From an uncultured virus (IMG/VR IMGVR_UViG_3300045107_000066) (lineage: Duplodnaviria; Heunggongvirae; Uroviricota; Caudoviricetes): 54,872 bases of DNA. The notes under the pieces are model-generated. The model was given only the letters and a program-made list of their open reading frames with translations, was not told the origin of the DNA and did no database searches. The translations under genes were made by a program, and so were the position numbers. Positions 43,543 through 52,930 of this stretch are shown piece after piece (the first letter of the stretch is position 1; the number at the start of each line of letters is the position of its first letter). The stretch lies in IMG/VR virus record IMGVR_UViG_3300045107_000066. One strand, given 5' to 3'.

Positions 43543-44271
43543 TCAGATCATGCTGACCTGGAACGGCTCGATGGTCCGCCCCCGGTAGAAGGTGAAGTAT
43601 TTGTTCTCGTCGTTCATCTCGATGTCGAGGAACTGTTCGAACTCCTGCTTGGTACGGTCGTCGGTGGTCAGGCGGGAGAAGTCCCAATACCAGACCTGCC
43701 GGTGCGTCAGTTCGTTCTCCGTGACCTTGCCGTCCCCGTTCTCGTCCCGCATGGACGTGACCGTGGCCCCGTAGGCGTCTTTGGCGTCGTTCTTCCGCCA
43801 GAACTTCCACGGCTCGGGAAGCTTGTTGCCGTCGTCGTCCTCGTTGATCCAGAACTCGCCGGACGGGTCGCCCAGAATCTTCTCGTGGAAGTGCTGGTCG
43901 TACTCCATCTCGTAGTAGAGCTTGTACATGCGGAACTCGAACCCGCCCTCCACGTCGTCGTTCGGGATCGCCCGTAGCCGAAGCCGGAGGGGCTTGGACG
44001 AGCCGAGCAGGACGCCCCGCAGGCAGTAGTCGGTGGAGAAGAACTTCTTCCGGCCGACTTCCGTCTGGTAGACCTCGATCTTGTCCACGAAGAAGTTGAT
44101 CCCGCTGAACTCCAGGTCGCTGCTGATCGAGACGCTGACCCCGATCTTAGCCTTCAGCGGGTTGTGGTACTCGAACTCCGTCGGGCCGATGACCCGCTTG
44201 TTCTTCCCCGTGAGAATCTGCCACAGCGTCCGACCCTTGCCGTCCGCACTGACCACTTTCCCTTCGGCCAT
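43543..44271 (-). CDS. Hypothetical protein
   Basis: AAGGAG RBS before MAEGK. Confidence 0.75.
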   Translation of the reverse strand: MAEGKVVSADGKGRTLWQILTGKNKRVIGPTEFEYHNPLKAKIGVSVSISSDLEFSGINFFVDKIEVYQTEVGRKKFFSTDYCLRGVLLGSSKPLRLRLRAIPNDDVEGGFEFRMYKLYYEMEYDQHFHEKILGDPSGEFWINEDDDGNKLPEPWKFWRKNDAKDAYGATVTSMRDENGDGKVTENELTHRQVWYWDFSRLTTDDRTKQEFEQFLDIEMNDENKYFTFYRGRTIEPFQVSMI

Positions 44272-44650
44272 TTTCGTCTCCTTCACTGAGTATGAGTCGC
44301 TTGAGCCAGTTGGTGTGCTTACCCCAGGATTTCCACACGCCTTTGGGATCACGGGTGTGCTTCGGCCGGTAAGCAAAGCCGTCGTTCCACGTCGCACAGA
44401 CGATGATCCCTGTTTGCTCCCGGAACCACTGCTCGAAGAGAGTTATCAGCAGTCCCGGCTTCCCAACACGGTATTCGTTGAACCCGGCCTCGTCTTGCAG
44501 CACATCCTCCGGTTCCCGAAGAAAGGGTGGTTGTGGGATGGCGTCTTCGTATTCGGCCCGGCGAGCGTAGTAGTTACTCAGACACTCGACCGTGACCAGA
44601 TACTCGACCCCATCAATCACCCTCGCTTCGGGAACCGGAGAAGGCGTCAT
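44147..44650 (-). CDS. Hypothetical protein (3' end overlaps the next gene)
   Basis: Starts 1 nt after the upstream stop; GGGAG RBS. Confidence 0.5.
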   Translation of the reverse strand: MTPSPVPEARVIDGVEYLVTVECLSNYYARRAEYEDAIPQPPFLREPEDVLQDEAGFNEYRVGKPGLLITLFEQWFREQTGIIVCATWNDGFAYRPKHTRDPKGVWKSWGKHTNWLKRLILSEGDENGRRESGQCGRQGSDAVADSHGEEQAGHRPDGVRVPQPAEG

Positions 44651-44651
44651 G

Positions 44652-45803
44652 TTAGCTCCCGATGCGTTTGACGAAGATCACGTTGAACAGGAAGATCGCC
44701 CCGATGATAACAACGACCCCGAGGCAAATCCAGCCCAAGATGCTCCACGCCACGCCACCACCGCCGCTCCCGGTCGCCGGGCCGGACGTGTGGACGACCC
44801 GCACGTTCGGATTGTACACAGACTCGATGTAGTCCTGGTCGTACATCAGGGTCGGGTTGTCGTTGAACTCCGGGTCAACGTAGCCGGGGTTCCGGGCGTA
44901 GTTCTGCCGCTCCAGGGCGGCGATCCGGGCACGCACTTCGCCGTCTTGCAGCCCCCGCTCGTAGGCCGCTTGGTCAATGTTGTAGCGGTTGTGGTAGAAC
45001 CAGTACGCCCGCCGCTCCGCACTCCACTCCATCATCATGTACCAGAACGGGCTGCTGTACCCGCCACCGACGAAGATCACCGGCTGACTCTGGTAGTAGC
45101 TGTACGGGTGGCTGTAGTGGTAGTGGTGAACGTGCTTCACCGTGTAGTTGTACCGAACCTCCGGGTCCAGATCACGGCTCGGCCGGTTGCGAATCGTCTC
45201 GACGGACGGAGCCTTCGGGTCAATCTTCACTTCCTTACCGTCCGGTGCCTTGTAGCTCGGCCGGGGCGGTGCCGTGGCCTTCGCCGTCTCCTCGTAGGTC
45301 CGCTTGCTGGCCTCTTCCCGGTTGGCCCGAGCCTTCTCGTCGTTGCTGTTCGTACCGGGCCGCTTGCTGCTGCCCGGAGGCGAAGACGGCGGCGGCGCAC
45401 CCGCACTCGGCGAACCGAACTTGCCCTTGTTGTCGTCCTTCTTGTCATCCGGCTTCTTGCTGTCGCCGCCACCACTGTTCGGCGAACCGAACTTGCCGCC
45501 ACTCGGAGGCGGGGTCGTGGGTTGCTTCGGCGGATCGGCGGGCTTCTTACTGTCGCCCCCGCTGTTCGGCGAGCCGAACTTGCCGCCACTCGGAGGCGGG
45601 GTCGTGGGTTGCTTCGGCGGGTCAGGCTTCTGGCTGCTGCTACTGCCCGGCGAGCCGAACTTGCTACCGCTACCGCCGCTGCTGGCCGGAGGCGGTGAGC
45701 TTTGCCCGCCCGGCTTTTTGCTTCCGCTCTGGGCATCGGCGTAGCCGCCCAGCATCGCCATGCAGCCCATCAGGGCGATGCACAGTCCGATCCGTCGTAA
45801 CAT
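44652..45803 (-). CDS. Exported Pro/Ser/Gly-rich repeat protein with C-terminal TM anchor
   Basis: Signal peptide; four KFGSP repeats; C-terminal hydrophobic helix. Confidence 0.8.
   Translation of the reverse strand: MLRRIGLCIALMGCMAMLGGYADAQSGSKKPGGQSSPPPASSGGSGSKFGSPGSSSSQKPDPPKQPTTPPPSGGKFGSPNSGGDSKKPADPPKQPTTPPPSGGKFGSPNSGGGDSKKPDDKKDDNKGKFGSPSAGAPPPSSPPGSSKRPGTNSNDEKARANREEASKRTYEETAKATAPPRPSYKAPDGKEVKIDPKAPSVETIRNRPSRDLDPEVRYNYTVKHVHHYHYSHPYSYYQSQPVIFVGGGYSSPFWYMMMEWSAERRAYWFYHNRYNIDQAAYERGLQDGEVRARIAALERQNYARNPGYVDPEFNDNPTLMYDQDYIESVYNPNVRVVHTSGPATGSGGGGVAWSILGWICLGVVVIIGAIFLFNVIFVKRIGS
45487..45620. repeat. Intragenic 87-bp-period duplication
   Basis: Identical 47-bp blocks at 45487-45533 and 45574-45620. 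Confidence 0.8.
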
Positions 45804-45859
45804 GTGTTACCTCCGTTGTTGGTCATCACTTCTTAATCTAGCAAGACGGAACAGTCAAG

Positions 45860-47086
45860 CTAGATTCGTTCCAAGCGAAACATGCCGAGTTTCCACATTG
45901 CATTTTGCAACGTGATAAGGGCTGTGGCGATGGCGTACTTGAACCCTCGGCGACCACCTTGAATCCGCTCCCGCTCGTAAGCCGACCCCATGAGACGGGC
46001 AAGCTCGTGACAGTAGTTCGCCAGCCCGGCCACATCCTTTGACTCGACGGCGTGTTTCCACCAGTAGGTCAGGTACGAGGACATCCCGAGTAACTTCACG
46101 TCGTCGTCGGTCAGGTCGAGCGGAGCATTCGGCGTATCGGTCATGCCGTGGCAAGCCGACTGCACACGAGTCTCGGTGTAGGTAATGTACATCCCCGGCG
46201 AGTCCACCTTCGTCCACTTTTTGACTTCAAACTTCACGTCTGAAGACCGGCTCACGGACAACAGGTTCCAAGCCAGGACGTTCCACGCCAGCTTGCGGCG
46301 TTCGGTCGGCGACTCGATGGGCGGGTCGAACCCGTCCTCGATCATCCGCATGGCGTCGTCTGCACTGAGGGCAGTGCCCTCACGAGACTTCATCTTCTTC
46401 CCATCGTCCCCCAGGACGAGGCCCATAGGTAGATGATACCGCTCCAAGCCCAGGTTGTAAAAGTGTTCCTTCTGCTCCATGCCGGTAACGTACCACAACT
46501 CCCCCTCCACCATCTTGCGGAAGGCAAGGTCGTAGTAGGCGTAAAGCGGACTCCCGTCCGCCCGCTTTAGGATCACTGGCGTGGAGGGGTGGGCGTCGTC
46601 CCACATCCACGGCTGCTCGTGTTCTTCGAGTAGAGGACTGCCCTCTTCCTGATACGTCCGGCGATGGCACGGCACGATGTCGTCCGGCATCAGCACGTCG
46701 TAGTAAAGCTTCGGCTTATAGCCGACGAAATTACACCACCGCTCGAAGCCGGTCAGGGCGAAGCTCTTTACACCGAGCGATGCCCCCAACAGAGCAACCG
46801 GCTGGGAATACGGCAACACTCGTGAGAGCGAGTGGGCCACGGCGAGGTTCCGCAGGTGCCCGACGTGGAGAGCCTTGTTCAAATTTGGACTGAAACCGTC
46901 GATCAGCATCCCCGCACCGGGGTTGGTCGGTGCGGCCTCGGGCCACCGATAGTTTTCCGCAGTGAAGTGGTAGTTGTGGAACCACTTCTGAGGATCGTGG
47001 CGGTAGCCCTTCGCACCCTCAAGCGGCTGGTTCGTGGTCACGCCGAAACCGTGCTTCGTCGGCATCGGGCGTAGCTTCGACTCCAT
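45860..47086 (-). CDS. argS: Truncated arginyl-tRNA synthetase
   Basis: SPN..K.LHVGHLRN, RADG..LY...DLA, YV...Q..HF, KMKSREG and a DALR-like C-terminus; only 408 aa. Confidence 0.88.
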   Translation of the reverse strand: MESKLRPMPTKHGFGVTTNQPLEGAKGYRHDPQKWFHNYHFTAENYRWPEAAPTNPGAGMLIDGFSPNLNKALHVGHLRNLAVAHSLSRVLPYSQPVALLGASLGVKSFALTGFERWCNFVGYKPKLYYDVLMPDDIVPCHRRTYQEEGSPLLEEHEQPWMWDDAHPSTPVILKRADGSPLYAYYDLAFRKMVEGELWYVTGMEQKEHFYNLGLERYHLPMGLVLGDDGKKMKSREGTALSADDAMRMIEDGFDPPIESPTERRKLAWNVLAWNLLSVSRSSDVKFEVKKWTKVDSPGMYITYTETRVQSACHGMTDTPNAPLDLTDDDVKLLGMSSYLTYWWKHAVESKDVAGLANYCHELARLMGSAYERERIQGGRRGFKYAIATALITLQNAMWKLGMFRLERI

Positions 47087-47206
47087 CGGCGGTTCTCCTC
47101 TCAGGTTTAGGCATTCTACCAGGGAAGAAACCCTCTGTAAAGCGTTGCCCAGGAAGGAGTTTTTTGTTACAATACGCTAGATAAATAGAGCAAGGAAGCT
47201 CGCACC

Positions 47207-48682
47207 ATGACAGATGTTAAGAATGTAATCAAGATAGAGAACGTCTACAGTTGGCTAATCACGGAGAACATGGGCCTCCGGGAAACGCTTTGTAAGGCTC
47301 TCAAAGTCCCCGCCAAGAACTACTGGCATTCTACCGCATACAAACGCAAGATTTGGGACGGACACATCGAGTTCTTTAAGAAGAACTCGGGCATGTTCTA
47401 CTCCGGGCTTCTCCCCGAAGTCTGCGGCATCCTCTCGCACCTTAACGAACCCTACACCATCGCCGACCACCGAGGGGCGATCCAGTGGGGGCAAAAGGTC
47501 GTTGACGAGAACTTCCTTCAGCAGTTCCAGAAGAAGGGCAGCAAGCCGCTCACCCTCTACGACTACCAAGTGGAGTACGTCAACCTCGCCCTGAAGTACG
47601 GCCGGGGCGTCATCACCGCCCCCACGGGTGCCGGTAAGACGAACGTCCTGATCTCGATCCTGAAGTGCCTGCCGCCCAAGACGCCGGTCCTCTTCATGAC
47701 GAAGGGTGCGGGTCTGGTCGATCAGAACTACGCCGAGATGCTTCAGTGGGGCGTGCCGAACCTGGGCCGCTACTACGGGAAGTACAAAGAGCCGAACTAC
47801 GTCATGTGCTGCACCATCCACCAGGACACGCTCAAGAGCATCGACAAGCTCTTGCCGAAGTTCAAGGTGCTGATCGTGGACGAGGTTCACGAAGCCATGA
47901 GCGACACGCCCATCGCCGCCTACAAGAAGATGAAGGAGGCGACGTACCGCTTCGGGTTCTCGGCCACCCCGTTCAAGTACACGTCGAAGGACAACAAGGG
48001 CAACGAGATTTCGAAAGATAAGGAACACAAGTACAACGTCAAGGCTCACTTCGGGGCCAACTTCAAGCTGTCCTGCACGCCGTCGGGCAAGCTGACGACG
48101 AAAGACTTGCAGGAGCGGGGCATCCTGTCGCCGAGCCGCTGCACGATTTACCCGATCAACGAGCCGGACAACATCCAGCACGAGCCGTATGGGGACGCTG
48201 TTACTCTTGGCATCTCCAACAACATGTACTTCCACCAAGTCATCATGCGACTGGCCCGGAAGCTGGAGGGGCGCACCCTCATCATGGTGGAACGGATCGA
48301 CCAGGGGAACTACCTCAAGTCCCTGATCCCCGAGGCACACTGGATCAAGGGCGACGTGGCGGTTGGCGACCGGGCCACGATCTTCGGCGAGTTGAAGTAC
48401 AGCGGTGAGAAGGTGATCTGTATCGCTATGCGACAGATCGTCACCGCCGGTATCAACGTGTTCGTCCACAACCTGATTAACGCATCAGGCGGCAACGCCG
48501 AACACAACATCATTCAGCAGATGGGTCGTGGGCTGCGGTCCGCCTCAGACAAGAACGTGCTGGACTTCTACGACTTCCTGTTCACCACCAACGCCTACCT
48601 GCGTGACCACTCCCTGAACCGCATCCGGGTTCTGGAGAGCGAGGGCCACGAGATCACCGTCAAAGAGAAGATCGACTTCTAA
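47207..48682 (+). CDS. uvsW: UvsW-like SF2 DNA helicase
   Basis: WDG in N-terminal domain, YQ motif, PTGAGKT, DEVH, SATP and QQMGRGLR. Confidence 0.9.
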   Translation: MTDVKNVIKIENVYSWLITENMGLRETLCKALKVPAKNYWHSTAYKRKIWDGHIEFFKKNSGMFYSGLLPEVCGILSHLNEPYTIADHRGAIQWGQKVVDENFLQQFQKKGSKPLTLYDYQVEYVNLALKYGRGVITAPTGAGKTNVLISILKCLPPKTPVLFMTKGAGLVDQNYAEMLQWGVPNLGRYYGKYKEPNYVMCCTIHQDTLKSIDKLLPKFKVLIVDEVHEAMSDTPIAAYKKMKEATYRFGFSATPFKYTSKDNKGNEISKDKEHKYNVKAHFGANFKLSCTPSGKLTTKDLQERGILSPSRCTIYPINEPDNIQHEPYGDAVTLGISNNMYFHQVIMRLARKLEGRTLIMVERIDQGNYLKSLIPEAHWIKGDVAVGDRATIFGELKYSGEKVICIAMRQIVTAGINVFVHNLINASGGNAEHNIIQQMGRGLRSASDKNVLDFYDFLFTTNAYLRDHSLNRIRVLESEGHEITVKEKIDF

Positions 48683-49422
48683 TACCCACAACTCCAGGTC
48701 TTGCCGTTCCAGGTCAAGCCCTCGGTGTTGTGGGTTCCCGCCCGCAGCTTTTCAAGTCGCTGGCCGATGATCTCGTACCGCTTCCTGAAGTTAAACAACG
48801 CACCCTCGTCGATCCCCGGCACGAACAGGGCAGAGATGCCGCCGTAGTGGTACACCTTCTCGAACAACTGCGGGTATTCCACAACATCGTAGCCGAGCAA
48901 CTGAGCGGCGAGGTACACCATCGCCCCGCCGTCGAAGTATTGCTTGAACGGGATGTTCATGTACGGTGCCCACGAGAAGTGTTGCGTAATCTTCCTGATC
49001 TTCGCCGTGTTGAACAGGGCGAACGAGTGGTCGATCTTCTTCTGCCCACGGAGCGGGTATCCGGCGAACGTACACTCGCCCGTCGTGTGCGTGTCGGCCA
49101 CGCACAGGGCGTTCTCCGTCATCTTGGACATCAACTCTGGGACGATTGGGCCGAGGACTTCCACGTCGCTGTCCACCGTCAGCAGGTACTCCGTGTCCAC
49201 GGCACGCATGAGCGTGTCGAGGTTGCTACCGAAGTTGCACTGCTCGGTGTTCTGGATGAAGAAGTTGGCGTGACTTGCTGCGTAAGCGTTAGCACCATCC
49301 GAACTGGCGTCGTCGATGACGACCCACTTATAGTTCGGATGGTACTTGGAGAACGACTCCCACATGAGAGCGAGAGCCGTTGCGGTGTTCCTGACGGTGG
49401 TGACTACTGTGACATTATCCAT
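48679..49422 (-). CDS. Family 2 glycosyltransferase
   Basis: VIDDASSDG and VDSD motifs. Confidence 0.85.
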   Translation of the reverse strand: MDNVTVVTTVRNTATALALMWESFSKYHPNYKWVVIDDASSDGANAYAASHANFFIQNTEQCNFGSNLDTLMRAVDTEYLLTVDSDVEVLGPIVPELMSKMTENALCVADTHTTGECTFAGYPLRGQKKIDHSFALFNTAKIRKITQHFSWAPYMNIPFKQYFDGGAMVYLAAQLLGYDVVEYPQLFEKVYHYGGISALFVPGIDEGALFNFRKRYEIIGQRLEKLRAGTHNTEGLTWNGKTWSCGY

Positions 49423-49434
49423 GCCATAGAGTAG

Positions 49435-50211
49435 TCACGCCACGGCGTAGTCTTCGCAGAACTTACGGTCCACCCGCCAGTAGTCGGGCATGAACTTCGG
49501 CTTCATCGTGTCGAGGAAGTGCTGCCTCCAGAACTTAGCGAACTCGTCGAAGTCCTTCACCTGGGCCATCACCTGCGCACCGAACCCCTGCCCCGAAGAC
49601 GGAGGCTTGGGCTTCAGCTTCGCCAGTTCTTTGATCTCGGCGTCCGTTGGGACGTGCCCCAGGGCTTCCTGCAACAACAGCTTCATCACCACGATCCGGC
49701 CCGGCGGAATCTTGTCGCCGTGTTCCGTCAGTGAACGGGCCAGCCCCCGGACGTACATCTCGTCCCGGAAGTTCTCCTTCATCCCCGAAAGCGGGATGCC
49801 ATACAACTCCGAGAAGTGCTTCCGCTTCTTCTGCGACTCCTCTTCGTACTTGGTGTGGCACGAGGTACAGGTCGGCAGAACGTCGTGGCTGTTGTGCTTC
49901 TTGTGTGAGTTCGGCATGTGCCGCAGGAACGACCACGGCACGACATGGTGCCGGTTCAGGTCTTCCGTGGCCCCGCAGACGACGCAGTGGTTCGGCTTGG
50001 GCAACAGCGTCCAGGGGTCTTTCATCCCCCGACGGCCGCTCGGCTCGAACTTCAGCTTGATGGTGATCGGGTCGTCGGCCACCTTGTCGGCCAGCCCACG
50101 CTCCAAATACCAGTCGATCCGCTTCTTCTCGCACCGGCCGGTAGGTTGGCCGTCCGGTGCGAGGATCAAGCAGTTGTCAAACAGAACTTGAGTGGCTGCG
50201 TTGTTTGGCAT
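49435..50211 (-). CDS. HNH-like protein similar to the EXD2 C-terminal region
   Basis: DNC...APDGQP...C......WYL..G, FEPSGR, CVVCG...RHHVVP...HNSHDVL..CTSCH, WRQHFLD.M.PK. Confidence 0.8.
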   Translation of the reverse strand: MPNNAATQVLFDNCLILAPDGQPTGRCEKKRIDWYLERGLADKVADDPITIKLKFEPSGRRGMKDPWTLLPKPNHCVVCGATEDLNRHHVVPWSFLRHMPNSHKKHNSHDVLPTCTSCHTKYEEESQKKRKHFSELYGIPLSGMKENFRDEMYVRGLARSLTEHGDKIPPGRIVVMKLLLQEALGHVPTDAEIKELAKLKPKPPSSGQGFGAQVMAQVKDFDEFAKFWRQHFLDTMKPKFMPDYWRVDRKFCEDYAVA

Positions 50212-50217
50212 ACTCCA

Positions 50218-51924
50218 TTATACCTTGAGTTCAAGGGCGTCCATTTCCTTTTTGAACTTCGCCGGGTCGGCCTTGAACCACTCGGGTAGCAGGCTTCGCC
50301 GGGTGCAGTTCACAAGGGCTTGGAGGGTCTGGTAGCGACGGGTGTCGCCGATGTTCGGGTCGATCATGTCGTCCAGCACGGCCAGGGCGTCCTGATACGT
50401 CTTCACCTTCTTCGCCTTCAGGCGACTCCTCAGTGAAGCGTAGGACGCCGCCGAGTAGTCCTTCGTGACTTCGACCAACTTCTGCATCTCGCCTTCGTTC
50501 AGGTCGATCCCGACCGGCTTCATCATCCAGTGGATGAAGTCCTTCTGGTCTTCGCCTTCCGGGTCGAGGATCGGAATGATGAGATCGCCCACCCGCCCCG
50601 GACGCCGGATGTCGGCACTGAGGAGGTTGATCCGGGCCGTCATGAGCAGCCACACGATCTTACCCTTCAGGCGGGGGTCGGACATCATCGCCTGAATCTT
50701 GCCGGTCAGCCGCCGCTCCGTCTCGTGCGTATCTGCCCCGACGCCGCCGAACTGAGTGTCGGCCTCATCAACGAAGATGGCGAGCCGGTCCAGGGCTTCG
50801 GCCACCCGGCGGATTCGCTCGAAGGTCACGTCCGTCTGGCCGAACCACTGGCTGCGGAGGTTCTTCAACACCATCACCGGCATGTCCAACTCGGTGACGG
50901 CTGCCTCCATGATGAACGTCTTACCGCCGCCGATGGGACCGCCGATGGCGGCACCGGCCAGGGCTTCGTCCCCGCCCGCCTTGATCCGGGGGATGAACTC
51001 GTCCCGGAGGAACTTCTTGATCTGGCGGAAGCCCACCACGTCGTCGAGCCGGTGGTTCGGCTTCTTGAACTCCACCACGTCTTCACCAATCTGAGACGTG
51101 ATGAACTCGGCCACCTTGTCCACCACGTCGGCGACGGTGATGCCTTCGCCGTCGCAAAGCAGTTGGCGGTAGCCGTGCAGCGACAGCCCGGCCGTCATCT
51201 CGTCGATACGGTCGAGCGTCTTGAGGTTCGGGAACACCGTCGTGCGGAACTGCCGCCGCTCCTCGACGTTCGGGCTGGAGATTTGGACTTCCAGCAGTTG
51301 CGGAAGTTGGGCGATAGATGAGTTAATCAACCCACGGGTTTCCGCCATGAAGATCACGCTGTCGTGACCGTTCATGAACTTCGGGTCGCTGAGCCAGTCC
51401 TGCACCACGGCGATGCGCCGCCGGTCGGCCCAGCCCAGGGTCGCCGTCTGGCCGACGGGCAGGAGGAAGTCCGCCGCCTCAATCACGATGACGAGATCGT
51501 TCTTCAGCTTCATCTTGCGGCCGACCAGGGCGAGTTGCCGCAGGAACTCCATCGCCAGGGTCGGGTTCTCGACGGTCTGTCCGATCAGCGTGTCGAAGTC
51601 GTTGGGGTTCGGGGCGGTTTCCTTCTGTCGGGCCAGGGACGTGACCTGCCGCCGGGGGTTGATGCCCTTGAACTCGTTGAAGGCGTTGCGGAGTTCGTCT
51701 TCGTTGTTGACCACCCGGACAGCCCGGTTGATCTCGTACACCACGACGGTGACGCCCCGGTTCGTCTCGGTGGCGGCGATCTGGCACTTCGTCGCAAGGT
51801 AGTCCACTAGCGGGACGCACTCCTTGCCGTCGAAGAACAAGTCGTTGATGTTGCCAGTCAGCAACACGGACCGACTCTTGCCGTTGTTGATGATCTTGGC
51901 GAGCTTCGGGTAGAACTCCAGCAT
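50218..51924 (-). CDS. AAA+ ATPase (degenerate first module plus active second module)
   Basis: GPIGGGKT, FVDEAD and RRPGR motifs. Confidence 0.88.
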   Translation of the reverse strand: MLEFYPKLAKIINNGKSRSVLLTGNINDLFFDGKECVPLVDYLATKCQIAATETNRGVTVVVYEINRAVRVVNNEDELRNAFNEFKGINPRRQVTSLARQKETAPNPNDFDTLIGQTVENPTLAMEFLRQLALVGRKMKLKNDLVIVIEAADFLLPVGQTATLGWADRRRIAVVQDWLSDPKFMNGHDSVIFMAETRGLINSSIAQLPQLLEVQISSPNVEERRQFRTTVFPNLKTLDRIDEMTAGLSLHGYRQLLCDGEGITVADVVDKVAEFITSQIGEDVVEFKKPNHRLDDVVGFRQIKKFLRDEFIPRIKAGGDEALAGAAIGGPIGGGKTFIMEAAVTELDMPVMVLKNLRSQWFGQTDVTFERIRRVAEALDRLAIFVDEADTQFGGVGADTHETERRLTGKIQAMMSDPRLKGKIVWLLMTARINLLSADIRRPGRVGDLIIPILDPEGEDQKDFIHWMMKPVGIDLNEGEMQKLVEVTKDYSAASYASLRSRLKAKKVKTYQDALAVLDDMIDPNIGDTRRYQTLQALVNCTRRSLLPEWFKADPAKFKKEMDALELKV

Positions 51925-52208
51925 TACTCTTCTTCCTCGTCTTGGGCGTTCACCACGATGTCGTAAGCCCGATTGATGAGCTTATCGACGTGTTCGGGAA
52001 CAGCCGGGCCATTGGAACACAACTCGCCGCAGACACAATCGCCGTTCCGCATAACCTCCATGTTCACGAGGCCGGTGCGGAGGATTTCGACATCAAACGA
52101 GCAGCCGAGTTTGACGAGTTCGGTTGCCTTCGTTTCGATCTCAACGGGCCGCTCGATGTCCATCGGACGGCGTTCGCCGTTGGGCAGTAGGTATTGCGTG
52201 AACCTCAC
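51924..52208 (-). CDS. Hypothetical protein
   Basis: TAATG coupling to the AAA gene. Confidence 0.6.
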   Translation of the reverse strand: MRFTQYLLPNGERRPMDIERPVEIETKATELVKLGCSFDVEILRTGLVNMEVMRNGDCVCGELCSNGPAVPEHVDKLINRAYDIVVNAQDEEEE

Positions 52209-52321
52209 GTCTCTTCCTCTTTGACTGATTGGTAGGCGTACCAGGGAACGAGCAGCAGGATCAAGATCGTGTAGAAGTACAGTGCCAGCATGTTCGTGAA
52301 GAACTTCCCGATCTTGACCAT
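52205..52321 (-). CDS. Small membrane peptide (38 aa)
   Basis: AAGGAGAG RBS; hydrophobic core; fills the gap. Confidence 0.45.
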   Translation of the reverse strand: MVKIGKFFTNMLALYFYTILILLLVPWYAYQSVKEEET

Positions 52322-52331
52322 GTTACTCTCC

Positions 52332-52574
52332 TTACTTGGCGTGCTTGCCGTTCACCTTCGGGCAGACGGCGAACCGCTGGTTCATTTCGTCATGGAGGAC
52401 GAGGTATTCAACCCCGTCGATCATCACCGTCTCGACCTTGATGGTGCTGTTGCTGCCCTGAATCCGAAGCTCGGTCGCCTTGCCGTCATGCTCGATGACC
52501 TTTGTTTCCTGGTTACGGCACCCGCAGAGTACCAGGGCGGCGGCGACGGTAAAGGCGGTCAGTAGTCGCTTCAT
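52332..52574 (-). CDS. Small lipoprotein
   Basis: Signal peptide with LCGC lipobox. Confidence 0.7.
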   Translation of the reverse strand: MKRLLTAFTVAAALVLCGCRNQETKVIEHDGKATELRIQGSNSTIKVETVMIDGVEYLVLHDEMNQRFAVCPKVNGKHAK

Positions 52575-52930
52575 TTCTTCTCCTCGTTGTTCGCTTTCAC
52601 TTGCTCGTAGCGGATGTCCACCCTGATCCGTTGGTAGATGGACATGTAGAGAACGGCCGAGGCCCAGGTTACGCCGTGGGCCAGCACATACCCCCGCCAG
52701 TCATCATACCACACCTGATGGCGGAATACGAGCATCATCAGGAGCGTGAACCAGAACGAGAAGCAGTATTCGCAGGTCGGGATGTAGCACACCTTCCGTA
52801 CCAAATACGGGAGGGTGTGATCCTTGCACCACGGCTGGAAGTAGTTCTTCCGCAGGTCGCTGAAGACTTCTTCCTTCGTGGCAGCCCACGAGAACACCGC
52901 CACCATCGCCCCGATGATGATCGCTTCCAT
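52571..52930 (-). CDS. Membrane protein with CxxC.SFW motif (DUF1360-like)
   Basis: Three hydrophobic segments; TCEYCFSFW. Confidence 0.65.
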   Translation of the reverse strand: MEAIIIGAMVAVFSWAATKEEVFSDLRKNYFQPWCKDHTLPYLVRKVCYIPTCEYCFSFWFTLLMMLVFRHQVWYDDWRGYVLAHGVTWASAVLYMSIYQRIRVDIRYEQVKANNEEKK

